Source: Antedon mediterranea (lineage: Eukaryota > Animalia > Echinodermata). Taken from it: a stretch of DNA of 64,000 nt. The translations under genes were made by a program, and so were the position numbers. The notes under the pieces were generated by a model that saw only the letters and a program-made list of their open reading frames with translations, ran no database searches and was not told where the DNA came from. The DNA lies in assembly GCF_964355755.1 (NCBI RefSeq), contig NC_092677.1:26337175-26401174 (forward strand). Reading direction: 5' to 3'. Position 1 is the stretch's first letter. Each line of letters opens with the position of its first letter. Below, piece by piece: positions 1-12,765 of this stretch.

Positions 1-1139
1 ATTATGTACATTAAAAAAAAATATCTTAAAGTGTTTTTTTTAAATCAAATTTATCTTAGCTTAAAATTCGAGGTATATACTATGTTTACAATAATTTATT
101 AAAATCAAACAATTAAACAAAATTTACATTTAATTGTATGATTGTTATTATAAACATTGATACGGAATAAAAACATCAATCAGGATTGAACACCGTTTTG
201 CGTATTGTCTTCCTAAATAGTAATATTAAAAATAAATTTAGACCCTAATAATTTAACTAAAAATAATAGATACAGCCAGGCCTGTCTTTGGGATCGGTAT
301 AAACAGGGCAAAGTTTGTGATTAAAAAGTTCAAATGCATATTCCACCCACCCTTATGTCTTATAATGTAAAATTATTCTTACCACCGTTCTAATATTGCG
401 TCATGTTTTTGTGTTTACCGCCCCAGATATAGGACTCTAAAACCACACCGTACCCAATTAGTTGATGATGTTACACATATTTAAAATACAGTAATAACTA
501 AAACTATATTAATCTCTTTTCATTTTTAGGAACATGAATAAAGATCCAGAATCCTGGTCTTCACGCCGATCAGGTAATATGCCGGTATTGCTTTTGGACA
601 CAGAAATGGCCTACATTAAAGTTTAGCAAACAATTCTAACTACAAAGAAAGCAAAATTAGATGAGGCTCTAGTTACTCTCCTCTCCACTTTTTACCTTCT
701 GGATTTCGATTATCCAAAATGAAAAGAAGTACTGTAGGCCTTACTATCCTTTAACAGTTAGTGATTTGTGATGAAAACACACCTGTACACTTGACAAAGG
801 CTGTTGAATCATCATTAGTATACATTAATAAATTTAAAGACACCTAATAGTTTAAAGCCCAGGTGCGGGAGAAGAATTTTACGAAATTTGTATTTTACCA
901 TTTTAATGTTTTTAAGTTTTCTTTTGATGGCATTTTATTATTAATAAAAACAAGTTTGTTTTAAAGAAGTTGTATATATTATTGTACCTAATGTCATGTA
1001 AATTGTAGTTCTTAATGAAAATAACAGTATTGTTAATATTATGTTTTATAACATTCTTGAATTTATTTGTTTAAGTAAAATATTACTTAAAATGAGTATT
1101 CATTTATCGTTCTTAAAATAAATTTTTAATGATTTATAT

Positions 1140-2818
1140 TTTATAGAATTCTTGTTTCAAGCAATTTTTTTCCCAATATAAGTAAGAATTTACGAATTTT
1201 AATTTGATAGAATTCTTGTTTCAAGCAATACTTTTCTTAAAATAAGTAAACATTTACTGGTTTTTATTTGATAGACTTCTTGTTTACTTATTTTAAAAAA
1301 AGTTTTGCTTGAAACAAGAATTCTACAAATAAAAATCGGAATAATATTACTTATTTTAAGAAATATATTGCTTGAAACAAGAAAACTAAAAATATAAATC
1401 GGAATATTCTTACTTATTTTAAGAAAAATATTGCTTAAAACAAGAATTCTAAAAAATACAAACCGGAATATTCTTACTTATTTTAAGAAAAATATTGCTT
1501 GAAACAAGAATTCTACAAATAAAAATCGGAATATTCTTACTTATTTTAAGAAATATATTGCTTGAAACAAGAATTCAAAAAATACAAATCGGAATATTCT
1601 TACTTATTTTAAGAAAAATATTGCTTGAAACAAGAATTCAAAAAATACAAATCGGAATATTCTTACTTATTTTAAGAAAAATATTGCTTGAAACAAGAAT
1701 TCAAAAAATACAAATCGGAATATTCTTACTTATTTTAAGAAATATATTGCTTGAAACAAGAATATTAAAATTAAAAATCGGAATATTCTTACTTATTTTA
1801 AGAAAAATATTGCTTAAAACAAGAATTCTAAAAAATACAAATCGGAATATTCTTACTTATTTTAAGAAAAATATTGCTTGAAACAAGAATTCTACAAATA
1901 AAAATCGGAATATTCTTACTTATTTTAAGAAATATTTTGCTTGAAACAAGAATTCAAAAAATACAAATCGGAATATTCTTACTTATTTTAAGAAAAAAAT
2001 TGCTTGAAACAAGAATTCAAAAAATACAAATCGGAATATTCTTACTTATTTTAAGAAAAATATTGCTTGAAACAAGAATTAAAAAAATACAAATCGGAAT
2101 ATTCTTACTTATTTTAAGAAAAATATTGCTTGAAACAAGAATTCAAAAAATAAAAATCGGAATATTCTTACTTATTTTAAGAAATATCTTGCTTGAAACA
2201 AGAATTCAAAAAAATACAAATCGGAATATTCTTACTTATTTTAAGAAATATATTGCTTGAAACAAGAATTCTATAAAATACAAATCGGAATATTCTTACT
2301 TATTTTAAGAAATATCTTGCTTGAAACAAGAATTCAAAAAAATACAAATCGGAATATTCTTACTTATTTTAAGAAATATATTGCTTGAAACAAGAATTCT
2401 ATAAAATACAAATCGGAATATTCTTACTTATTTTAAGAAATATATTGCTTGAAACAAGAATTCAAAAAAATACAAATCGGAATATTCTTACTTATTTTAA
2501 GAAAAATATTGCTTGAAACAAGAATTCTATTTTAAAAAATCGATAAATTGTTACTTATTTTAAGGCAGATACTGCTTAAAACAAGAATGAAAAAAGCAAT
2601 TAAATTCTTGGTAAGAATATTGTTCTTAAAGTATTATTTCTTGGTAAGAATAATTTTCTTGATAAGAATTTGTGTGATTCTTGTTAAGAATTTTACGATT
2701 CTTGGTAAGCCAAAAAGTATTGAAATACGGACAAGTCAAAATTTACTTGTTTCAAGAAATATTTTGCTTGAAACAAGTTTTTTTTTTCTTAAAACAAGAA
2801 TCAGAATTTTGCTGTGTA
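1140..2818. repeat. ~63-bp tandem satellite (about 19 units, ~1300-2530) with inverted partial units at ~1140-1285, probably the interior of a non-autonomous DNA transposon ending ...TTTTGCTGTG/TA
   Basis: Unit AATATATTGCTTGAAACAAGAATTCAAAAAATACAAATCGGAATATTCTTACTTATTTTAAGA repeated, which gives the 21-aa periodic pseudo-ORFs. The reverse-complement AGAATTCTTGTTTCAAGCAA occurs at 1146 and 1209. Confidence 0.9.
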
Positions 2819-2916
2819 TATAATTAATATTGAGCAAACAAAACAATATTGATAAAATGGCAAGACTATTTTAAGTGGGTTGCCCAGAATCGTAGCAAGG
2901 ATCTGAACGAATTCGA

Positions 2917-3055
2917 TCAAACTCGGCCCTAAACCGTCTCGGCCAAAGTCAAGTCGGCCCCTAGTCAAGACGGTCCCAAGTCAAGTCGGCCCCACGTCCA
3001 CTCGGCCTCAAGTCAACTCGGCCTCACGTCAACTCGGCCTCACGTCAACTCGGCT
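2917..3055. repeat. Short 16-17 bp tandem repeats (GTCAACTCGGCCTCAC), like the subterminal repeats of a MITE end
   Basis: About 8 degenerate units are visible. Confidence 0.7.
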
Positions 3056-4933
3056 AAGGATAACATAGCGTTCAATGCGAAATACTTCCGGTAAGGGAAC
3101 AAATTCTAGCAATTATAATCAATACAATTTACTTATTATTATCAATTAATAATTTTAAAAAGTAAGACAAAAAATGTGAGGCTGATGCTATAAACATATT
3201 GAGCAAAACGTTGAATTATTTTGAAATAAATGCTAAATAAGTCAGTAAAACCACAATTTTCTAAATTTATTTTCATTTATCCACTATAAACTGTATAAGA
3301 GTGTTGCTTAAACACCACTTCAGAAAAAATGTGATCAAAATTTGCAGAAAGAATGATTTAAAAACTGTTATTTCAAAGTTCGGAACGTTCGTAATTACTA
3401 CGGAAATTCGACCCAATATTACGTACGTAGGAAAATGAGATAAATGGGGTACTACGGTTATACTTCAATATGGAAATCCCCGGCAAAATGCAATACTTAT
3501 GGACACATCATCGACCCAAATGAAGGAGTTTCCAGGAACACAGTTTGTGGTGGCCTTTCGTACCTTTTTTTTGTTCAATTCATTCTGATTTAGCATGATC
3601 AGAAACATATCTAAAAAAATAATTATAAAAAATACGGTGGTAAATTGTGCGCAGTATTGTTGACTTATTTGTTGGTTAATTTTACGCTGAAGTCTGTAAA
3701 TATACATATAGGCTCTTCCAACCCTGGACTTCTATAACGTTAATGGTTAATTCAATTATAATAAATTATGATGAAATGGGTCTAAATTTTTATTTAGTGG
3801 CAGAAAAAACATTTAGGCCTAGTATGAAATTAAGGGTGTTGCCCGGGAAACTGGGGCAACATCCCTGCGCCCGCCCCTGCTTTTTTATGTTATATACGTG
3901 TCCCGTAGTCACGCTCAAATCATGAAATGTCCCGCTTTTAAATAAAAAAAGTAGATATAGGCCTAATATTTTTTAAAATAAATAAATAAAATGTTCAAAA
4001 AACTGAACTTTATAGCATCAAGAGAATTTATTCTCTACACAGCATTTATTAAACATTTTCACAATTAATAATTGTGCTATCAGGCACGATATGCCTCTTG
4101 TTTTGCATTTGTTTGTTGTTTGAAATACATACTGGCAATGCTTATACCTGCATTGCACAAAAAAAATTAATGTGTTTATTTGAAATTGGATAAAGAGTTC
4201 AAATAATTCTATATTTATCCCCTGCTCAGCAGCTGTGTTCTCTTCGTGAAATTTCTATAAATAAATCGATTTCTAAAATTTAGTATTACGGTAAACAGAA
4301 AGTCGCTGTTTATATCTCATCACTTAGCAACTACGGTGCACTTTACTTTGTATTATAAATTTATAAAAGGGAAATTTATATATTTAACAAGAAATTGTCA
4401 ATAGTTTTTAGATAATATCGAATAATAGACTTACAATGGGTGCATAACGCGGATTAGCTACAAACCGTGAGAAACACATTATTGATAATTCAATTGAATT
4501 GAAGCATTATACTCTTCTTTCGTTAGATATTGTAATGCCGGCGCCATACATGAAGGTTTATCACAACTATAAATGTTTCTTTCAAATACAAATATATCAC
4601 ATGGTTGAATCATAAAAATGGGATTTTATGTGTATTTTGTTTTATCAGACTGGAACGTATCTTATTATTATCTATATATATGGTTAATTCTGACATAGAA
4701 CTAATTTCTTGGTTCACTGTGAGTCCACGGGATCACCTTATAACTTCCTGGTTTCAACCAAGTTGGCCGTTAGGTGGCGATAGCTATTTTATTTATTTTT
4801 TGTTTATTTTTTGACCGCACGTGTGAAGGTGCAATAGCAAAATAAAAATTATACTGCAAATTAATAAAGATCAAATTTAATATGCGTCATAAAGCATCGG
4901 AGTATATTGTGTCAAATTGTACAATTATATAAA

Positions 4934-4970
4934 CTAGATGGTACGCTCGCTTCGCTCGCGTACCATCTAG
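4934..4970. mobile_element. Hairpin bounded by CTAG, possibly a Helitron/Helentron-like non-autonomous element terminus
   Basis: CTAGATGGTACGC-loop-GCGTACCATCTAG, preceded by an A-rich run. Confidence 0.4.
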
Positions 4971-7549
4971 GTCGTGCCCACAGATGGTTCTCGAATACAT
5001 AGTAATTTCAGCGTAAAAAACTGGCGATTTCAAATGTACGTACCACATGACTATAAAACATTGTCGTTTACAGAAACAAATAAATAGACACAATAATTTT
5101 ATGTAGTCAACCAAAATTAGCACCCTGGGAATTACTTCCGAAAGAGAAAACTTGTCACAAAATGAGTCCAAATTTTTGATTTGGACTAAGCAAACCCAAT
5201 TTGTGTTTTGTATCTAACATTAGGGTTGAGGGTTGGGGATGAGGATAGTTACAAAGAGGAACAATTTTTTAATATATTCTTTATATTAAATTATTCTTTA
5301 TTTTTCTTTATTATCCACTCAGTAACGAAATATTTTTTTTATAGGCCTATAAATAATATACCACTAAATAGAGTAAAACATTTCCGATTTAATAACTTTG
5401 TTAAAATTGTCACTGTCATAGTCGATTGAAGTAGTAAAGTACATGTAACGATACACCACCAAGACGTTTATATTTTTTGTAATTATTAATTAATACAAAC
5501 GTTGAGAAGCAACTGTCAGTAATAAAGTATTATATTATTATGTGTTTAGGCCTATAATCTAATAGTAGGGGCTACCCACACTCACAGTAATAAAGTGTAT
5601 TAGTATATTTGTCTATATTATATAACAGTACCAACAATAAGAAATTTGCGATTCAAATGGCGATCAAAAGTGGTTAATACCTATTCACAGTATTGTATAG
5701 CATTACAATACTATTTATGTTTATTCTCCAAGGGCCCATAAATTTACCTACTTGTGTTAAACCATGGAGGTATGCAAGCATGCTTAAACCAAATAATTTG
5801 GAATGTTCTATTCATCGCAAATCAATACATTTGTATAAACGTATATTAAATCTATCAAAATAGCATTTTTTAAAGAAAATCGGCCTGTCTTCAACATTAT
5901 GATGCTGTACTCGAGCTTTTCAACCGGTTTTCAGCCATTAAAAACAATTATCGTAGGAGGAGATAGGAAAATGCGAATCATCCTCGTATTATCGAACACA
6001 ATTTAATTAGTAAACAGGGTTACATCAGGTGGTTAAAATCAGTACCGAAAGTACGAACCAACTTTATACCCAACGAGTAAACATTCTAGAAATAACGCGC
6101 GATTTACCGAATTTTGCCCTTACGTAAATTTATATATAGATTACATAGGATTGAGAACTGATCTTTTGTTTAAAATCGAGTGAAACCCCGATAGCAGAGT
6201 TATTGAGTAATCTACCTGGTATGAATAACTGTGGGCTATCCAGTTAGGACCCGAGATACTTCTGCCCATACTTCTAACGTCTTCGATCCTTCTTAGGCCG
6301 ACGGCCCATTCTGTCGTGGAAGTTAGTTTCAAAAGATGTTTAAACTAATTAATGTATCAATTATACCAGTTAGGATGGTAGGCCTATTTATTTGAATAAA
6401 CGCAGAACACCTTCCCAATAAAACATCACATCAGAATAATAATTCGCATTCTATTAGAAGATGTTATTAATTTTACCATATTAATAAAACTATCCCTCGA
6501 ATAAACACCTCCCGCAAATAAACTCCGCCTCCCCACCTCCGCCCCAAAAGGGCCCTACCGAACATAATAAACACTATACTTTAAAATGTTATTAATCATC
6601 TAAGACACTGTGAAACAGAGTAAATTTAGTTTTATGAATATCAATCATTTCAATAATGGTAACCGACAGAAAACGTCCAAACCAGAACGTCCTTCTAAAA
6701 CCTCTTTACCCGAGTCATTATCATTCCGAGATAACCATTGTCTACACTACACTAGTATTTCATCAATTCATTTTGTGAACCTAATAAGTTAGGCCCATAA
6801 CTAGACTATGTCCCGCTTCTCAACAACAAGCGGTTAAATGTCTGGAAATGGTATTCTCGCATGTAAAATTCATGATAAAAATGACAAATCTAGTTCGCTG
6901 GAAATGACACTCCATAGCGCGCTAGAAACAACAATATGATCGTAGTCTAACGACTGACATTGAAACAATAGGAAACATTGTTTGCGTTCAGATGAAGGTA
7001 CTTCCAGTACAATAATTATAACCAATAAATGCTCATTAATTAGTATTAATAATAATAATTGAAAAAGTGACAACAAAAAATATGAAGCTCATGCTATTAT
7101 GAAATGTTGAACAAAACTTTGTTTGTATTATATTTAAATTTTGAAACATAAAACAACAACATCAAAAACGGTTAACAATAAAATACAGATAGAAATATAT
7201 ATATATATATAAACATGCCATAAACATTTTCAATTTAAAATGTATATTAATATTAATATTAAAACAGGCTGTTCAAGAAGTGAACACATAATCATCCTCT
7301 TAAAATAACCTTAAAAATATCAATATGATTGCTATTTAGATTATTAAATGTATATGGTAGTCTATGAAAAATTCCCCTTTTAGTACAGTCGACACGGCTA
7401 AAAGGAATATGCAATAAATGTCTATTTCGTGTACGACCAGGGATATTTAAACTAAATAGTGAAATTAATGAACAGTCATATTTAGAATTTAAAATATTAT
7501 ATAAAAAAACCATATCAGATATCGTTCGACGATTACTGACAGAATCAAT

Positions 7550-10500
7550 GGAAAAGGCAAAATTAACACAGTTGATGGTGCAAGAGACCCTAACTGTTTT
7601 GAAAAAAATTCTATTAAGGTCTTATATTCTAATGTTGACTCGTTTTTAAGTAAAAAGAATGAGATGGAGATTTTGATTTCAATTAATAAACCAAGTATAA
7701 TTATGTTGACTGAGATATTCCCAAAGAATCCAAGTAAGAAGAATTTAATACAGGAGATTGATTTAAAATTGGATGGATATCAAGTATTTTTTTCCACAAA
7801 TTTTGACGGTAGAGGTGTTGCCATTTATTTAAAAGAAGATTTATGTGGATATGTGACAGAATCATCCAGTGGAGATATTGGAGATATTATTTATGTGAAA
7901 CTTTCATTGAAAAACAATGATTCCTTACTTTTAGTTTGTGCGTATAGGAGCCCTAGTAATAGTCAGGAGCAGAACGTTTTATTTTTGGATAAATTGAGTA
8001 ATATATGCTGCATTAACTTTTCACATTTACTAATAACTGGTGATTTTAATTTTGGTAGCATTGATTGGATTAATCAAGCATCAGGATACTCTGATAGTCA
8101 TGATGGAACAAATTTTATGAACTGGGTTCAGGATCATTTTTACTTTCAACATGTAACACAAGCAACTAGATTTAGAGATGGACAGAATCCTAGTCTTTTA
8201 GACTTGGTTTTTACAAATGAAGAGGACATGATCGATGACATTTGTTACAGTGCACCACTCGGTAAAAGCGATCACGCAGTATTAACATTTAAATTTGATT
8301 GTTACATTGAGTCGCAAGACAATATCTTGTTAAAACCAAATTATCATTACGGTGATTATGTTCAAATAAATGAAGAACTAAAAAAGATTGATTGGGAGGG
8401 GAAATTTGAAAATGGTGGAACAGAAGAGTGTTGGAATTTGTTTAGTGAAATTATTGCAGAAACTAGTGGACGGCACATTCCCAAGGCAAAAAAGGGGGAC
8501 AACAGTAAGGTCAAAGAGCCTCTTTGGATAAACAAGGGTATGAAGAAAATGATAAAGCTTAAAAGAAAAGCATGGTTTAGGTATAACCATTGTCCAAGCA
8601 GATCTAATAAAGCAAAATTTAAAGATGCTAGAAATAAAGTAACATCCATGAAAAGGAAGGCCATTTGGAACTTTGAAAAAATGATTGCTTCAGAAATAAA
8701 ACAGAAACCCAAATCATTCTGGCGATATGTAAACTCCAAAACCAAGGTTAAAGCGAGACTACCATCCCTGAAAGATGAGAACAATGTGGCACACAGTGAT
8801 GATCAGTCCAAGACTGAGATACTTAATACTTTTTTCTCTACAGTTTTTGTAAGGGAAGATATTGATAACGTACCAGAGTTTCAAAGAAGAGTTTTTGATA
8901 CAGTTTGTTCTGAAGTTGAAATATCACCCCAAATCGTTGAAAAATATTTAAAGAAGTTAAATGTGACTAAGAGCCCAGGACCTGATGGTATTCACCCTAT
9001 GATTTTAAGAGAGTGCAGAGCTTATATTTCTGAGCCGCTAAGTAAAATTTTTTCTAATTCATTGAAAGAAGGTATTGTTCCTCGGAATTGGAAAGAAGCT
9101 CATATTGTACCTATTTTTAAAAAAGGAAGCAGGGTGGAAGTAAATAATTATCGGCCTGTTAGCTTGACTGCTGTTTGTTGTAAAGTTATGGAAAGTATTA
9201 TTAGAGATTCTTTAATTAAGCATTTTGTCAACAATAACTTATTATCGGAACATCAACATGGCTTTAGGTCCGGTAGATCCACAACAACTCAACTATTAGA
9301 GATAGTAGAACATTGGTCTAAGCTTTTAGATGATGGGCGTGATATTGATGTGGCATATTTGGACTTCCAAAAGGCCTTCGATTCTGTACCTCATATGAGA
9401 CTGTTAAGGAAGGTTGAAGCTTATGGTATCTCCGGTAACGTCTATAATTGGATTCAAGACTTCTTAAAAGGTAGAAGACAACGAGTAATGTTAAATGGGA
9501 CTCTGTCGAAATGGTCGGATGTGATAAGTGGTGTTCCGCAAGGAAGTGTGCTTGGTCCGATTTTATTCTTACTCTTTATCAATGACTTGCCTGAAGTTGC
9601 AGTATCAGAAGTTAAGATGTTCGCTGATGATACTAAAGTTTATGATTATGGGGAATCCAAAGAAAAATTGCAGATCTCACTTGATAATATGTTTAATTGG
9701 TCGACCAGATGGCAACTACCTTTCAATGCCAACAAGTGCAAGATGTTGTATATAGGGAAAACAAATGAGAAGAATGAGTATTTTGTAAATGTACAAGATA
9801 AAGTTAAAATTGAAGAGACTGCTATAGAAAAGGATCTCGGAGTATACTTTGATCATAAATTGAACTTTGATTATCATATAAATTGCTGTGTTGCTAAGGC
9901 AAATAAAATAGTGGGTCTCATCAAAAGGACTTTTTGTTACAATGATAAGGATATGTTTCTTAGTCTATACAAATCTTTAGTCCGCCCTATCTTGGAATTT
10001 AACTGTTGTGTCTGGGCACCTCATCAAATTGGACTGATTAAGAAAATCGAGTCGGTTCAACGAAGAGCTACCAAATCATTGTCAGAAATTAAACATTTGG
10101 CATATCCGTATAGATTGAAGTTTTTGGGTTTACCTACACTGGAGTACAGACGATTAAGAGCGGATATGATCCAAATCTTCAGAATTATAAATGGTCTTGA
10201 CGCTATTGAATGCAGAAAGTTTTTTACATTTGTTGATTGTCATGGAACTAGAGGTCATGAATACAAGCTATATAAAAACAAGTTTAGGCTTAATTCCAGG
10301 AAGTTTTCCTTCAGTTGTAGAGTTGTGGACTCATGGAATAACTTGCCATCTAATGTTGTAAAAGCTCCAAATTTAAATCTGTTCAAGTCACTCCTCAATG
10401 GTCATTGGAAGTCCCTTGACTGCAAGTTTACCTTTTCATATTTATAATCACTTTGGAGCATTATGTGTACCCGGAGCCCGGAGTCATACGAAGACAAGAA

Positions 10501-10565
10501 GGGTCATATAAGCTATATTTAGCTTTCTAACCGACCCATAACATCAAGCAAGTATCAAGCAAGTA
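7550..10565 (+). mobile_element. 5'-truncated CR1-group non-LTR retrotransposon with intact ORF2 and short 3' tail repeat (ATCAAGCAAGT)x2
   Basis: Uninterrupted APE+RT ORF followed by a ~110-bp 3' UTR ending in a short tandem repeat. It interrupts the antisense LINE. Confidence 0.92.
7664..10447 (+). CDS. LINE ORF2: AP endonuclease plus reverse transcriptase (927 aa; the frame stays open upstream to the insertion junction, including IKVLYSNVDS)
   Basis: APE motifs LTE, GDFN, LLDLVFT and GKSDH. RT motifs NYRPVSLT, QHGFR, DFQKAFDSV, GVPQGSVLGP and FADD. C-terminal IESVQRRATK and TRGH. Confidence 0.95.
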   Translation: MEILISINKPSIIMLTEIFPKNPSKKNLIQEIDLKLDGYQVFFSTNFDGRGVAIYLKEDLCGYVTESSSGDIGDIIYVKLSLKNNDSLLLVCAYRSPSNSQEQNVLFLDKLSNICCINFSHLLITGDFNFGSIDWINQASGYSDSHDGTNFMNWVQDHFYFQHVTQATRFRDGQNPSLLDLVFTNEEDMIDDICYSAPLGKSDHAVLTFKFDCYIESQDNILLKPNYHYGDYVQINEELKKIDWEGKFENGGTEECWNLFSEIIAETSGRHIPKAKKGDNSKVKEPLWINKGMKKMIKLKRKAWFRYNHCPSRSNKAKFKDARNKVTSMKRKAIWNFEKMIASEIKQKPKSFWRYVNSKTKVKARLPSLKDENNVAHSDDQSKTEILNTFFSTVFVREDIDNVPEFQRRVFDTVCSEVEISPQIVEKYLKKLNVTKSPGPDGIHPMILRECRAYISEPLSKIFSNSLKEGIVPRNWKEAHIVPIFKKGSRVEVNNYRPVSLTAVCCKVMESIIRDSLIKHFVNNNLLSEHQHGFRSGRSTTTQLLEIVEHWSKLLDDGRDIDVAYLDFQKAFDSVPHMRLLRKVEAYGISGNVYNWIQDFLKGRRQRVMLNGTLSKWSDVISGVPQGSVLGPILFLLFINDLPEVAVSEVKMFADDTKVYDYGESKEKLQISLDNMFNWSTRWQLPFNANKCKMLYIGKTNEKNEYFVNVQDKVKIEETAIEKDLGVYFDHKLNFDYHINCCVAKANKIVGLIKRTFCYNDKDMFLSLYKSLVRPILEFNCCVWAPHQIGLIKKIESVQRRATKSLSEIKHLAYPYRLKFLGLPTLEYRRLRADMIQIFRIINGLDAIECRKFFTFVDCHGTRGHEYKLYKNKFRLNSRKFSFSCRVVDSWNNLPSNVVKAPNLNLFKSLLNGHWKSLDCKFTFSYL

Positions 10566-11222
10566 TAAGACAGGAATCGAACAAACTTCGAACAGTGTCG
10601 ATTCGACGGGCCTGACATGGAGAAATTGAATTGAAAATTACGGAACAATATTCAAGGTGAGGACGTATAATAGATTTGTATAAAGATAAAAGTGGCCTGC
10701 CGTCTTTCCTAAACCTAAAATTTCTCCATATCAAGCCCATCATTCTATTAACTTTTGACAACACATGATTAATATGTGAACAAAAATTTAATTTACTGTC
10801 AATAAAAATACCTAAATCTTTCTGTACATAAACCATCTCAAGATCATGTCCATTCAAATTATAATTGAAGAGCACAGGCCTTTTTTTAAGTGTTATAGAT
10901 AAATATTTTGCATTTATTAGCATTAAGTTTTAGCCCCCACTTCTCCGTCCATTTCACGAGACCATCCAGATCCTCCTGAAGTGAAAAAGCATCATGTGGA
11001 GTGGTAATCACTTTAAACAATTTCAGATCATCAGCAAATAAAAGAAACTCGGAATGATTAAATTTTAAAGGGAGATCGTTGATAAATAAATTAAACAGAA
11101 GCGGGCCCAGGATCGAACCTTGCGGAACGCCCGATAACACAGGGAGCCGATCAGATGTCTCTCCCCCAATGACAACACGCTGTTGTCTATTAGTTAAATA
11201 ACTTTTAAACCAACTTATCATG

Positions 11223-11223
<1 letters not shown>

Positions 11224-11297
<74 letters not shown>

Positions 11298-11365
11298 TTA
11301 TAATAACAACAACAACAACAATAACAACAACAACAACAACAATAACCAACCACCAATAACAATAA
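11224..11365. repeat. (AAT)n/(AAC)n microsatellite
   Basis: Direct observation. Confidence 0.97.
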
Positions 11366-12765
11366 CAGCATTAGCAGTCCTAAAAAGAGCATAATAGCGG
11401 CGTTAAAGATGTATTGTCCCCCAAAACATGAAAAATGAAGATTAATTAAATCAGACTTTGAATAGGTTATTTTGTAGTTTTAATAAAGTGAATCACTTCC
11501 GTAGAAAAAAAGGGAAACAATTATGTTTTCACTTATAAAATAACATGATAAATGGTTAAATTCAACCAAAAATCCATTGGCTGGCAGCCAATTTGACCAT
11601 TTTTTTGCTTTGAATTCCAGTTTTTTCAGGTAAATAATTTTTTTTTCGATTCAATTTTTGGTCAAAGTCAATAACTATTATGTGACATTAAAATGGCATA
11701 TTCAACAAAAAAAAATTGTCAAAAATTATTTTTTTTAATACATTTTTAAAGCTTGAGCAAAACAAAAGATGTGCTAAAAAGGGGGAAGGTTATTTAAAGA
11801 GCTCATTATATGCTTAAATGTGCAAAATTAGCTAAAGATATACATGTTATATTCTGCTTATTTATGTTTTTTATGCTTTAAACAATCCTTTTTTTTGCAA
11901 ATTGATGTTTTACTTGGACCAATTCTTTGTTCGTTAGATGGTTTATTTATTTAAATAAATCAGCTGCAACAGACTTAAGTTTACTGGCACTGAATTCATA
12001 TTCCTTTGGTTCCTATGACAAAATACAATAAGGATAAGAGCGTAGGCCTATATTATGTCAAGAAACACATGTTTTTCTTTTTACCGAACAACATTAAGAA
12101 AATAAACCTAACAAACATTTAAACTAAAAAGATTTATTTCAATAAACAGCCAAAAAAAACCATGACAATTGTTGTGTGGTCTAGCTACATTAAGGGATAG
12201 TAAAAATGAAATAAACAATAATTACCTTTTGCATCGATTTCTGAGCCATTGTAGTAGAGCGTGAGATTATATAAATTGGGTGAAACCTACTACGTACCAA
12301 TCAATCTATTTAATAGATTATTTATCGGTTATATGCGGACGTCGTCCAGAAAGTCCACTCAGTTTGTCGAATGACGTTACTTCACTCCCCACTTGTTCAT
12401 TTCATTTCAATTCAATTTATTTTCCACATACTTAAGCTATTAAGTAACCTTAAAAAATAATAATTACAATAAACGTAAAACCAGTGAATAAATAAGTAAG
12501 AAAATAAATATATAAATAAATAAAATAAATAAATAAAATAAATAAATATGGCAGTATACAAAAAAAAAATAATCCATATTTCATTTTATATTGTATGATA
12601 TATAATAAATAGTAAATAAGCAGAGTGGTATTTACTCACCTTATATCGAGATCAGAGACGGTTTAAACGCACGCTTAAAGCTATTTACAGATGTTTTATC
12701 TAAGTTTAAATTGGAAATAAATTGCCATAATTTGGGGTCAGCATAAAAAATGGAATGTAGTCACA

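Larger units (their letters stand above)
7292..11220 (-). mobile_element. Decayed CR1/L2-group LINE (RT and C-terminal part), split by a younger LINE. Pieces at ~10560-11220 and ~7292-7550
   Basis: Minus-strand motifs SGVPQGSILGPLLF, LFADDLK, KDLGIFIDSKLNF and YKSIIRPHLEYCS. The reading resumes at 7550 with RRTISDMVFLYNIL. Frameshifted. Confidence 0.88.

Noticed and set aside
530-573. Possible small exon (TTTTTAG|GAACATG...TCAG|GTAATA) as the start exon of A1
   Set aside because: From its ATG it ends in phase 1, which is incompatible with the phase-0 A1 exon. It has no similarity to the MPK exons and is otherwise unsupported.
1495-2260. Repetitive 128-aa ORFs, or a CRISPR-like array
   Set aside because: These are translations of a 63-bp satellite. 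There are no unique spacers and the context is eukaryotic.
10886-11392. ORF with poly-Cys/poly-Ile fused to RT
   Set aside because: A microsatellite read through into a LINE fragment.
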